64,000 nt of DNA, taken from a virus. Positions 18,164-27,301 of this stretch are shown here, one piece after another. Location: the IMG/VR virus record IMGVR_UViG_3300037258_000352, positions 1 through 64,000 of that record. One strand, 5' to 3'. Under the pieces are notes generated by a model that did no database searches, was not told the origin of the DNA, and was given only the letters and a program-made list of their open reading frames with translations. Numbering within the stretch: position 1 is the first letter of the stretch; every line of letters starts with the position of its first letter. A program made the position numbers and the translations under genes.

Positions 18164-18582
18164 CTAGAACCCCAGGGCGAGCAACAGTCGCTCGTGCCGA
18201 TTACGAGGCGTACATCCGATCCTCTGCATGGCGCTCCGTACGCGCCCAGTTCATCGCATCGAAGTTGAGCAAGGTTTGCGCAGGTTGTAAGCAACCTTGG
18301 GGCCGAGGTGATCACTTGCATCACCGGACTTATAAGAACCTCGGCGCGGAACGACTGATGGACCTCGTGCCGCTGTGTCAGCGCTGCCATGTCAAAGTGC
18401 ACCAGTTGTACGACAACGATCTGAGGTGGCGCAGGCGAGGTCTCTGGTACGCGACCAAGGCAGCGTTGAAGGGCCCCAAGCCAGCCAAGGTGGTGGCTCG
18501 ATCCCGTCGGTCTGTGGATGCTCGTATGGGCGTGGTTAGGCCCGCAGGCAAGCAGACTTTCCCCGGACCAGCCACTAGGTAG
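18160..18582 (+). CDS. HNH endonuclease
   Basis: CAGC...HLHHRTYKNLG.E...LVPLCQRCH. Confidence 0.85.
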   Translation: MTRTPGRATVARADYEAYIRSSAWRSVRAQFIASKLSKVCAGCKQPWGRGDHLHHRTYKNLGAERLMDLVPLCQRCHVKVHQLYDNDLRWRRRGLWYATKAALKGPKPAKVVARSRRSVDARMGVVRPAGKQTFPGPATR

Positions 18583-18807
18583 CGCCCTCGATCACGGTCC
18601 GTCCGTGCGGGGGCGCTTAGTGTATTCAGACCTCGCTAGCGGTTCACGCTACGTGCTGGGTGGGCTACGGCATCGCCCGTCGGGCTCGACTTACGTCTCG
18701 CGGCCACCCCGGGTGGCTCGTGCCCGATTCTTCGCGCCAGTTTCCCCCGCCGGGAGCGTCACCCGGCCTGCTACCCAGCCCGCACGTCAACCGTCAGCCC
18801 AGTCACC

Positions 18808-19002
18808 CTACCTTGGGGTTAGCCGAACGTCGGTTGCGTCCACGACTTCCCACACGCCACCGTCCCACGCCACCGAGAACGTTGGCGTCGCCGGTGACAC
18901 CCCGTGAGTGGCCACCGTGCCGAGCTGTCCACCGGTGATCCGTTCCACCCGCCGACCACGGGGAAACACCACACCGGACTGCTGCCCATACAGGGGTTTC
19001 AC
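18808..19002 (-). CDS. Small beta-barrel (SH3-like) hypothetical protein
   Basis: FPRGRRVE...GTV...VAWDGG. Confidence 0.5.
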   Translation of the reverse strand: MKPLYGQQSGVVFPRGRRVERITGGQLGTVATHGVSPATPTFSVAWDGGVWEVVDATDVRLTPR

Positions 19003-19276
19003 ACCAGCATCATGCCTACTGCACGTGCATCCGACCAGTCGTCGGACCACATCTACCACCCGCACCACCGACCGCGCGCCTTCCCTTGTGATCCACAACA
19101 GGACTGATACCTACTACCTGATCGCCCAGGACCGTCGCTTGTCCGGGTCCTCGACCGCCACTGACCGTGACTGAGTGACCGTTCGGCGTATCACACCGTA
19201 ACCACATGTTGATCACTTGCGTTGAGTCGCCGAGACCGGCCGCCCCCTGGCTGGGACAGGCGAAAGGACCAAACCT

Positions 19277-19846
19277 GTGGGACGGCATTCCGCACCACGT
19301 GTCACGCTCAGGCAGGTAGCCGCAGGAACCGCCGCCGCTGGTGGCCTCGCGATCGCCATGGCCGGTGTCCTCCCCGGCGCCGCATCCGCCGACCCGCTCC
19401 TCGGGAACTGCGGGCAGTACGGGCCCGGTGGCACCCAGAACCCCGCCGTTGATGTGTGCACCGACCGCGGGTACCGCGACGGTGTCCGCACTGACCGGGG
19501 TGACCGGATCCACGCGCTGGTCAAGGTTGACCCGGTGCTGTGTCTCCACGTCATCGTCGACCCGGAGGGCAACCGTCGGTTGGTGGGTACCCAGGGTTGC
19601 GGTCACCGGCATGAGACTCCCGTGACGCCGGTGTGCCCACCGTGCCCTCCCGGTACCCCCGCGGCCACTACTTGCCCAACCCCAGCACCCACCCCGGTTC
19701 CGGTCTCTCCGGTGGCTCCCGAGACTCCCGCGCCGGCGTCCCCGGTCGCGGAGTCACCCGGGTCGAGCTCGTCGAGCTCCTCATCGACCGTCGTGGAGGC
19801 ACCGGCCCCGTCGACTGTGTCCGGTGGCCCCGTCGTCACTCACTGA
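19277..19846 (+). CDS. Secreted Cys/Pro-rich protein
   Basis: GRH-type signal peptide ending ASA-D; RBS GAAAGGA; Pro/Ser-rich tail. Confidence 0.7.
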   Translation: MGRHSAPRVTLRQVAAGTAAAGGLAIAMAGVLPGAASADPLLGNCGQYGPGGTQNPAVDVCTDRGYRDGVRTDRGDRIHALVKVDPVLCLHVIVDPEGNRRLVGTQGCGHRHETPVTPVCPPCPPGTPAATTCPTPAPTPVPVSPVAPETPAPASPVAESPGSSSSSSSSTVVEAPAPSTVSGGPVVTH

Positions 19847-19857
19847 CCCGGGGGATT

Positions 19858-19900
19858 GCAGTGGGCCCCTCGTCGGCTTCGGTCGGTGGGGGCCCACTGC
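19858..19900. terminator. Stem-loop between convergent genes
   Basis: GCAGTGGGCCCC...GGGGCCCACTGC. Confidence 0.7.
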
Positions 19901-19903
19901 TTG

Positions 19904-20134
19904 TTACTGGGCTGGTTGCCGGTCGGGTTGCTCAGCCGTCGCGGTGGCGTTCCCGGTGTCGGCGGTGATCCGCGCGACCCTCGGCCCGTCGGTCAGGTCG
20001 AACTCCAACACCCCCGCCGCGCGGATCACCGTGTCCCCCGCCAGGTGTCGGTAACCGATCATCTCCGCAACGAAATCCGCTAGGTCATCCAGAGTGATCG
20101 CGTGCCCATCAGCAGGGCTACGGCTATAGCGCAT
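19904..20134 (-). CDS. Hypothetical protein
   Basis: RBS GGAAGGA; plausible globular sequence. Confidence 0.55.
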   Translation of the reverse strand: MRYSRSPADGHAITLDDLADFVAEMIGYRHLAGDTVIRAAGVLEFDLTDGPRVARITADTGNATATAEQPDRQPAQ

Positions 20135-20263
20135 GGACCAGATCCTTCCGTAACGCTGGTTAGTCCCCCGGCGATACACCTCATGTCGGGCCGCACGGCC
20201 AGCCCGAAGGGGGTTGATCACTCCCGAAGCCTGAGGGAAATACATGGGGAACCCCTGAAAACC

Positions 20264-20596
20264 TCAGCACTCCGACCGGCGGGGAGCTGTCGAGTCGGAC
20301 ACCGTGCACAACGGCGGGTCTCCCACCTGATCAGTGGGGGCCCGCCGTTTCCGTCGTTCGATCTCCTGGCGCAGGTAACAGGCCGCGTCGAGGATCTCCT
20401 CGTACGTGTCCTGCAGAGAATCCCGGCCGTTGTCGACCTGCAGGAGCGTCCCATGCTTGCGGAAACCGAAGTCTTTCCGACCGGTCACATCAGCGATCAC
20501 CAGGTCATGCACCGACACGGCACCGGGCACGTGCACCGGTGGTGGTTGCGCTGTCCACGGCCGGTCTGTTCGTTCGTAGTCAACGACGTCGCTCAT
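20264..20596 (-). CDS. All-alpha dNTP pyrophosphohydrolase (MazG-superfamily)-like protein
   Basis: RxxxGxxKxGTxL...NGRDxLxDxYEEILDAxxY acidic motif. Confidence 0.5.
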   Translation of the reverse strand: MSDVVDYERTDRPWTAQPPPVHVPGAVSVHDLVIADVTGRKDFGFRKHGTLLQVDNGRDSLQDTYEEILDAACYLRQEIERRKRRAPTDQVGDPPLCTVSDSTAPRRSEC

Positions 20597-20633
20597 GGTC
20601 TGGCAGGCTAAGGCAATCACGTGATCGCGTGAG

Positions 20634-21161
20634 GTGCGCCCACTAGTCACCGACCGTGATCCTCCCGGGGTGACGTTGAAGGAATACGCCCCGAAGACCC
20701 GCGGTGAACCACCCCCCGAAGTCCCGTTCGCGATGGTCTTCATCCGGGACGGGGTCGAGGAACGCCACGAGTTCGTCGCCCACCCCACCATGGGGTGGCA
20801 AGACGTCCGCGGCCTGATCCCCCTCATGGGCGGGAAAGCGTCCGACGACGCCCTGTCCCAAGCCGCAGTCCGGGTCGTCGACCGGCTCATCGGCCGGTCC
20901 TTGGACAACACCGACGGCACCCCAGAGAAGTGGCGCCCGAAGGTCGTCGACGGGCATTTCACCGCACCCAACGGGGACCACACACCCGTCGAGGTCCTCT
21001 CCGGGTTCGAGTCGTTCGACGCCGGTTCGTCCCGCCGGCGGTGGGTGCACCTCATGGAAGTCGACGACGACATCACCGTCGAACCCGACCAGATCGTCGA
21101 GCTCATGGCGGACCTGCTGGAGGCCGCAGCGAACCGCCCTACTACGAGGTCAGCGCCCTAG
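20634..21161 (+). CDS. Tail assembly chaperone
   Basis: Upstream of tape measure; ends ...AANRPT. Confidence 0.75.
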   Translation: MRPLVTDRDPPGVTLKEYAPKTRGEPPPEVPFAMVFIRDGVEERHEFVAHPTMGWQDVRGLIPLMGGKASDDALSQAAVRVVDRLIGRSLDNTDGTPEKWRPKVVDGHFTAPNGDHTPVEVLSGFESFDAGSSRRRWVHLMEVDDDITVEPDQIVELMADLLEAAANRPTTRSAP

Positions 21162-21472
21162 CGGGGTTGACCTCGGATCGGGTCCTGGGGGCGTACATGC
21201 GTGGCCGGTTGTTCCTGGCTGGGGTCGACGGACAGACCCCAGTGTCCGACGTCCTCGACGTCCTCACAGTGATCGTGGTCGACACCCCCGGGGAGGCTCT
21301 GGGCAAGTGGCGGTCTGGGTTGGATCGGGCTGCTGCGGTCGCGCGGGCCGACGCGACCCGAGCTCGGGGCACGGTCCCAAGTGGTGGCCGACCGGATAGG
21401 GCGACGTGGGGTTTGGCCCCCGACCAGATCGCGGCCACAGAGCGGTTCATGACCACGATGGGCGCCCGGTAG
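21137..21472 (+). CDS. Tail assembly chaperone, -1 frame extension
   Basis: Overlapping -1 frame continuing from CGC CCT ACT; standard G/GT arrangement; exact slip site inferred. Confidence 0.65.
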   Translation, partial: PYYEVSALAGLTSDRVLGAYMRGRLFLAGVDGQTPVSDVLDVLTVIVVDTPGEALGKWRSGLDRAAAVARADATRARGTVPSGGRPDRATWGLAPDQIAATERFMTTMGAR

Positions 21473-21477
21473 TGGCC

Positions 21478-22149
21478 CTATCTAGCGCGGACCAATGTCC
21501 GCCGCTGCCGGTACTCGGCTTGTCGCCGCGCCAGACACTTCCGGCACCCACGGCTACCGTCCGCGCGGATCACGAGGTTATCCCCGCTGTAGGGATGTTT
21601 CGCCGGGTCCGAGCAGTGGGTCTTCAACCGCTGGTAGTGAGGTTTCTTCGGCTGCAGCGCTGCCTTCGCGCGACGGTTGCGCCGGCTGTTGTCGATCTGG
21701 CATCGCTTGCACTGCCGGTGGCCGTCCTCGTCGTAATAGGTGTTCTCCGGCGTGAACGCGTGGTCATGGATGCAATGGTCGGCGACCGCGTTGCGCGCCG
21801 CGTGTCCCTTACCTGCGAGGACGTTGACCTTTGCTTTGACCGCCCTGAGGTGGTCTGGGTTGAGACACCTTCGGTGCAGACAGGTCGGGCCACCCGGACA
21901 ACTCTTGCTGCGGTTATGGCACCGGTGGTCGACCTGCCGGTGGTTCGGCTCCCCGCGTTTTTCAGGGAGCGGTTCAACGAGGAGCTCATAGACGTACCGA
22001 TGGACGAGGGCGTTCGCTCGGGATCCATCGGTTCTGCTCCCAACCCAGATATGCCCGTACCCCTGCTTGTCGATCTCACCTGTCCAGTGCCAGCAACCGT
22101 TAGTGGACTTTGTTGTGTTGGCCATGACTCGGATCGGCAGTGTCGGCAT
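21478..22149 (-). CDS. HNH homing endonuclease (HNH_3 type) inserted antisense before the tape measure gene
   Basis: CWHWTG...GYG...HRYVYE...DHRC...CLNPDHL; two HC...RxCxxC tails; TACGAT -10 just before ATG. Confidence 0.9.
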   Translation of the reverse strand: MPTLPIRVMANTTKSTNGCWHWTGEIDKQGYGHIWVGSRTDGSRANALVHRYVYELLVEPLPEKRGEPNHRQVDHRCHNRSKSCPGGPTCLHRRCLNPDHLRAVKAKVNVLAGKGHAARNAVADHCIHDHAFTPENTYYDEDGHRQCKRCQIDNSRRNRRAKAALQPKKPHYQRLKTHCSDPAKHPYSGDNLVIRADGSRGCRKCLARRQAEYRQRRTLVRAR

Positions 22150-22177
22150 CGCATCATCGTAGCAGGTCAGATGGGCG

Positions 22178-25100
22178 GTGGCTAAAATCGCCCGCATCCT
22201 CGATGAGGCGTCAGTCCGGATCACTGCGGATACCCGCGCGGGGGAAGCTGACGCGGCGGCTGCGGGCCGCCGGTTCGGTCAGGCGTTCGCGGCTGGTGCG
22301 GACGCCGGCGCCGGTAAGTCCGATGTGTCGGACAAGCTCGCGAAGGACATCGAGACGTCGTCCGCGCGGGTCGTTAAGGCCCGGGACGCGGAAGCGAACG
22401 CAGCGGGTCGGGTTCGGGTTGCTGAGGCCGCGCTATCCGACTTGCGGGACAAGGAGCACGTCTCCGCTGGCCGGTTGGCTGCAGCGGAGGAACGGCTCGA
22501 ATCAGCGAAGCGGGCGCAGACCGCCGCGGCTACGGCGTTGGAAGGCGCGGAAACGAAACTCGCGTCGGCCCGTGCCGCGGCGGTGACCCTGACGGATAAA
22601 CTGTCCAATTCGTTCAAAACGCTGACCACGAACACCGACGGCAACACTAGCGTTGTTAGCCGGCTGCGGTCCGCGCTTCTCGGTCTTGGTGGTGACGGGG
22701 AAACCGTCGCTAAGAAAATCGACGCCGCGTTCAAAGCAGTCAATATCACTGGTCTTCTCACCAATTTAACGAAAATTGGTGGGGGGTTGATCGCGGCCGG
22801 GGTCGGGGCCTTAGCCGCGCACGCCGCGATCGGTGGATTGATCGAGGGTGTCGTCGGTCTGATCGGGTCGATCGGTCAGTTATCGGGGTTAGCTGTCGCC
22901 TTACCAGCAGCGATCGGTGCGGCTGGGCTCGCCCTGGCGACGTTGAAAGTCGGGTTCTCCGGGTTCGGTCAGGCACTGAAAGACGCTGGTAACCCCGCGA
23001 AGTTCGCGACCGATCTGCAATCCCTGGCCCCCGCCGCACAGGCCGCCGCTAAAGCGATCGCGGGCCTGGACCCCGCTTTCAAAGCGCTCAAACTCGATGT
23101 GCAGCAACGACTATTCGATGGGTTGTCCGCATCTATAACGAGTTTGGGAAATACGTACCTGCCGATATTGCGGACAACCCTCGATGGGGTTGCTAACGGT
23201 TTCAACCTTGCGGGGAAAGAAGTTGCGGGCCTGTTGTCGGCGCCGTCAACGGTTAACCAATTGACGGTTGCGTTCGGGCAGCTCCGGTCGGGGACGTCAT
23301 CAGCGACCGGAGCGATCGCTCCGCTAGTTGCGGCGTTCAAAGACATTTTCGTGGTCGGTGCGACGTTCGTGCCCCGGCTTGGGCAAGCGATCCAAACGCT
23401 AGCGACGAACTTCGCGGCGTTCATTGACAAAGCTAAGGACTCCGGGCAGCTCGCGACGTTCCTGCAGAACGGGATCACCGCCGCGAAGCAGTTCGGGCAG
23501 GTGTTCCTCAACATCGGGTCGACCCTTGCGGGGGTGTTCCACGCGGCGCAGTCCGCGACCGGTGGGTTCCTCAACTCCCTAGTGTCGGTCACCACGGAAA
23601 TGCGGAACGTCGTCAACTCCGTCGCCGGTCAGCAAGCCCTGACCGCGTTCTTCGCGGGGACCCAAGCCGCGATCAAGGCCCTACTCCCCGTAGTCGGTGG
23701 GCTAATCCAGGTCATCGGGGCACTGGGCCCGGCCCTGCAAAGCATCGGCACCGTCGCCGGGCCGATCATCGGTCAGCTACTCAACAACCTGGTCACCGGG
23801 ATTAAGAACGCGATCCCCGGGGTGACGGCTTTCGCTGATGCGTTCGCGCAGGCACTGGGGACGTTGGGCCCCCTGTTGCCGCCGCTAGGGTCTGTCGTGT
23901 CCGGGATCGGGACCGCGCTGGCCGGCGCCTTAAAGATCGTCACCCCGCTATTGAAAGTTTTCGTTGACGCGTTGAAGGATCTTGGTCCCATCCTCGGCCC
24001 GATCGCGACGGTAGTGGCGTCTGTTGCTCTCAGCATGGCTGGGATCGGGGTCGTTACTAAGACGTTGACCGCTGCGTTCAATTTACTTAAGCCAGCGATC
24101 TCGGCGATCACCACGGTGTGGAAAGCGTTATCTTTGGCGTTTGAGATCTCCCCGATCGGGGTTCTAGTCCTCGCGATCGCCGCGCTGGTCATTGGTGTGA
24201 TTTACGCCTATAACCACTTCAAAACGTTCCGGGACATCGTCGATGGTGCCCTCCGGGGAATCGGCGACGCGATCAAAGCAGTGGTCGGGTTCTTCAAGAA
24301 CTTAGGGCCGGACATCGTCAAGGCGCTAGAGGCGGTCGGGAAAAAAGTCGAAGACGCAGCGAAAGCCGCATGGGATTTCCTTTTCTCCACTCTCCCCGCT
24401 GCGATCGACAAGGTCACAAGCTTCCTCCTGAGCCTACCCTTGAAACTCGCGTTCGCTCTCGGGTTCATCGCCGGAGAGGTGTATAAGGGTGCGGTTGCTG
24501 TGTGGGATTTCTTGTGGAACACAGTACCCGCTGCGATCGACAAAGCGATCGGTTTCCTCGCTGGTCTCCCGGGTCGTGCTGTCGACGCGATCTCATCGCT
24601 CGGGCCGAAGATCGCGCAGGTCGCGACCGACGCGTGGAACGGGTTCCTCAAGATTTCGTCTGACATTGGTAACTCGATCCTGTCATTTGTTGAGGGGATA
24701 CCTGGGGCGGTGGGTGGTTTCCTGTCGTCACTTCCCGGGATAATCAGCAACGCGGCGTCGGCCGCATGGCACGGATTCCTCGATACCACGGAATCCCTCG
24801 CGAACTCAGCTGTCGACTTCGTCGCATCACTCCCAGGCAGGATAACCGGGTTCTTCGCCGACGCTGGGTCGTGGCTGTACAACGCCGGTGTGAACCTGAT
24901 CAACGGGATCATCTCCGGGATCGCGTCCGCCGCTCAGGGGGTCCTGGACTACATCGCGAACTTGGGGTCGGAAATCGCGTCCGGGTTCGCTGCGGCGGTC
25001 GGGATCCATTCCCCGTCGACGGTGTTCGCGGGGTTCGGGCAGAACATGGGTCAGGGCATCATCCAAGGGTTGAAGGCGATCACCCCCGCCGCTGTCGACG

Positions 25101-25348
25101 CAGCCGCGAAACTAGCCGCGGCGGTCACCAGCTCCGGGCAAATCAACCTGGGTCCGGGTGGGACCCCCCAGTCAGTGTTCGTCGGCGCGACCAACGCGGC
25201 GATCGGGTCCGGGAACCAGGGCATCGACCTGGCTGGGTTGTCGGGGGCGTTCGCTGACGCGATCAACGCCGCGCAGCTCGTCGCGAAAGGCGCGGACCTC
25301 ACGATGGTCGTCAACCGCGGCAACCGGAACCTAGCGAGGCGCGCCTGA
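22178..25348 (+). CDS. Tape measure protein
   Basis: 1056 aa Ala/Gly-rich amphipathic helices, periodic Trp/Phe, GIHSPSTVF motif. Confidence 0.92.
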   Translation: MAKIARILDEASVRITADTRAGEADAAAAGRRFGQAFAAGADAGAGKSDVSDKLAKDIETSSARVVKARDAEANAAGRVRVAEAALSDLRDKEHVSAGRLAAAEERLESAKRAQTAAATALEGAETKLASARAAAVTLTDKLSNSFKTLTTNTDGNTSVVSRLRSALLGLGGDGETVAKKIDAAFKAVNITGLLTNLTKIGGGLIAAGVGALAAHAAIGGLIEGVVGLIGSIGQLSGLAVALPAAIGAAGLALATLKVGFSGFGQALKDAGNPAKFATDLQSLAPAAQAAAKAIAGLDPAFKALKLDVQQRLFDGLSASITSLGNTYLPILRTTLDGVANGFNLAGKEVAGLLSAPSTVNQLTVAFGQLRSGTSSATGAIAPLVAAFKDIFVVGATFVPRLGQAIQTLATNFAAFIDKAKDSGQLATFLQNGITAAKQFGQVFLNIGSTLAGVFHAAQSATGGFLNSLVSVTTEMRNVVNSVAGQQALTAFFAGTQAAIKALLPVVGGLIQVIGALGPALQSIGTVAGPIIGQLLNNLVTGIKNAIPGVTAFADAFAQALGTLGPLLPPLGSVVSGIGTALAGALKIVTPLLKVFVDALKDLGPILGPIATVVASVALSMAGIGVVTKTLTAAFNLLKPAISAITTVWKALSLAFEISPIGVLVLAIAALVIGVIYAYNHFKTFRDIVDGALRGIGDAIKAVVGFFKNLGPDIVKALEAVGKKVEDAAKAAWDFLFSTLPAAIDKVTSFLLSLPLKLAFALGFIAGEVYKGAVAVWDFLWNTVPAAIDKAIGFLAGLPGRAVDAISSLGPKIAQVATDAWNGFLKISSDIGNSILSFVEGIPGAVGGFLSSLPGIISNAASAAWHGFLDTTESLANSAVDFVASLPGRITGFFADAGSWLYNAGVNLINGIISGIASAAQGVLDYIANLGSEIASGFAAAVGIHSPSTVFAGFGQNMGQGIIQGLKAITPAAVDAAAKLAAAVTSSGQINLGPGGTPQSVFVGATNAAIGSGNQGIDLAGLSGAFADAINAAQLVAKGADLTMVVNRGNRNLARRA

Positions 25349-26220
25349 TGTCGACCCCGCTCACCGACGCGGACCTGTCCTACTTCTGGCTCGGGCCGCT
25401 CGGGTACCTGCAGGAGCTCCCCCTGCTGCCCGTGGATGGGTCCAGCGCGGCCAGCGAAGAACTGATCGGGGTCCTCCTCACCTCCCTGTCGGGTGGCGCG
25501 ACGTTGGACGTGTTCGGCCTGAAACGGACGTGGCAACTCGACTGGGTGTGCCTCACCCACGCTGACACCGCTGCGGTCGCCGCGTGGTTCTCCGGGTTGA
25601 CTACCGCACCGCTACGGCTGGTCGACACCCGCGCCGGGAACCGGCTCTCGAGAGACGCCGCCGCCGCTGGCTCCTACTCCCGCGACGTCCCCGCACACAC
25701 CCCCCTCGCGGGGTCCGGGTCGGTTGGGTTCGTGTCGGTCACCGACTACCCGGCCCCGTTCGCGGGACTCGTTGACGGTGGTGTCGCCTGGTCGGTGCCA
25801 GCCGCGACGGCCGCGACCCTGGTCCTCGACGGGACGACCCTGATCCCCCTGATCCCGGGGGAGCAGATCACCGCGACGGTGTGGCTCCAAGGCGCCGGCA
25901 CCGCCCAGGTCGGGGCGCAGTTCTATGACGTCACCGGCGCGACTGCTGGTACCGCGGTGGCCACGTCGACGGCCCTGGGGAGCTGGGCACCGTACTCGGT
26001 GACGTTCACACCCTCGGCTGGGCAGGTCGCGGCAGCGTTGATCGTGGCCGCCGCGTCCGGGTCCGGGCGGACCGTGAGTGTGGGCCCGGCGTTGTGGCAC
26101 CCCACGAACACCGACTGGGTCCCCGGTGTCGGCTGCCCGCAGGTGCTACCCACCGCCCGCACCACGTCCTACCCGGGTCTGGCTAACCAGGACACCGGCG
26201 TCACCCTCCGGGAGGTTTGA
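25348..26220 (+). CDS. Minor tail protein (distal-tail-like with CBM-like insert)
   Basis: Follows tape measure; beta-rich. Confidence 0.7.
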   Translation: MSTPLTDADLSYFWLGPLGYLQELPLLPVDGSSAASEELIGVLLTSLSGGATLDVFGLKRTWQLDWVCLTHADTAAVAAWFSGLTTAPLRLVDTRAGNRLSRDAAAAGSYSRDVPAHTPLAGSGSVGFVSVTDYPAPFAGLVDGGVAWSVPAATAATLVLDGTTLIPLIPGEQITATVWLQGAGTAQVGAQFYDVTGATAGTAVATSTALGSWAPYSVTFTPSAGQVAAALIVAAASGSGRTVSVGPALWHPTNTDWVPGVGCPQVLPTARTTSYPGLANQDTGVTLREV

Positions 26221-26226
26221 CGGTGA

Positions 26227-26421
26227 TCACCAGATGACGGCGCCGGCGACGATCACCACGACAGCGAGAACGACCGCGGTGATCGCCCACCGCCATTCCC
26301 CCGTCCAGAGCCACCCCAACCCACCGATCGCTAACACTGCCACCGCGCCCGCGAGAGCGACCTGCAGGTGTTTATCCGGTGCCGGATCAACAAATCTTCC
26401 TCGTTCGCGTGTTCCGTCCAT
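26227..26421 (-). CDS. Small two-TM membrane protein inserted antisense in the tail operon
   Basis: GACACGGAGG site at 26428-26437 upstream. Confidence 0.7.
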   Translation of the reverse strand: MDGTRERGRFVDPAPDKHLQVALAGAVAVLAIGGLGWLWTGEWRWAITAVVLAVVVIVAGAVIW

Positions 26422-26466
26422 CGCTGACCTCCGTGTCGTGAGCGGTTCATCCTTCCTGGTCGGTGG

Positions 26467-26826
26467 GTGGTGACGGTCCTGCGGTTGTGGCCGGATACCA
26501 ACGGGCCGACCGCGTTCTCGAAAGCCACCGCACAAGCCACGTTGGCGACGGAGTTCGAGGTGACGTCGGGGACGTGGTGGCTCACGGAGCTGCGGGTGTG
26601 GCGCGGTGCGTGGGACATGATCGGCCCGCTACGGGGCCGGGTCTACGTGGTGACCTCCCCCAGCGTTGGGGTCCCGGTCGCGGGGACGGATGTGGTCCTC
26701 AAGCTCAAGGGCCTGGGGTGGCAAACCGCGCCGCTACCCGCGCCGGTCCTGTTGACCACCGGACAGACCTACCGGGTGTGTTACTGGACCCCGTCCGGGG
26801 CGTGCAGCACAACCAACTACTGGTGA
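26467..26826 (+). CDS. N-terminal part of a DUF4082-like beta-sandwich domain
   Basis: TLATEF...LRVWR...GWQTAPLPAPV.L..GQTY.V.Y..P.G. Confidence 0.6.
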   Translation: MVTVLRLWPDTNGPTAFSKATAQATLATEFEVTSGTWWLTELRVWRGAWDMIGPLRGRVYVVTSPSVGVPVAGTDVVLKLKGLGWQTAPLPAPVLLTTGQTYRVCYWTPSGACSTTNYW

Positions 26827-26835
26827 GGAGAGCTT

Positions 26836-27300
26836 GTGAGCATCAACGTCGCGCAATTCAACGGGGTCGCGATCACCGCGCAGCAGGACCTGTTCCAAAT
26901 CGTCGCGCCCGGGTTGAAAGCGGTCCGGTTGCGGATGGTGAAGCTGACCCAAACCACGGAGGTCGGCGACGCGCAGGAGGAGAACCTGTCGATCCTGTTC
27001 AAAAAGGGCCAGACCACGTCCGGGTCGGGTGGGTCGTCGCCGACAGTGGTGAATCTGCGGGGTGAGACAGCGGGGACCGCTGCGGTAACCGCGAACAACA
27101 CCACCAAAGCCAGCGTCGGGACGATCCTGACGTTCGACGCGGACGTTTGGTATGAGCGGTCCCCGTTCCTGTGGGTCCCGCCCGTTGATGACCTGATCCC
27201 CCTCATTCCTCCTGCTGTGCGGATGACGGTGGAGCTCGCGACGACCCCCGCAGACTCGATGACGTGCAACGGCACCATCTACTGGGAAGAGATCGGCTGA
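26836..27300 (+). CDS. Putative virion structural protein
   Basis: RBS GAGGAG; beta-rich, ends IYWEEIG. Confidence 0.7.
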   Translation: MSINVAQFNGVAITAQQDLFQIVAPGLKAVRLRMVKLTQTTEVGDAQEENLSILFKKGQTTSGSGGSSPTVVNLRGETAGTAAVTANNTTKASVGTILTFDADVWYERSPFLWVPPVDDLIPLIPPAVRMTVELATTPADSMTCNGTIYWEEIG

Positions 27301-27301
27301 G

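Noticed and set aside
21130-21161. Tail chaperone frameshift as a novelty
   Set aside because: Standard feature of long-tailed phages
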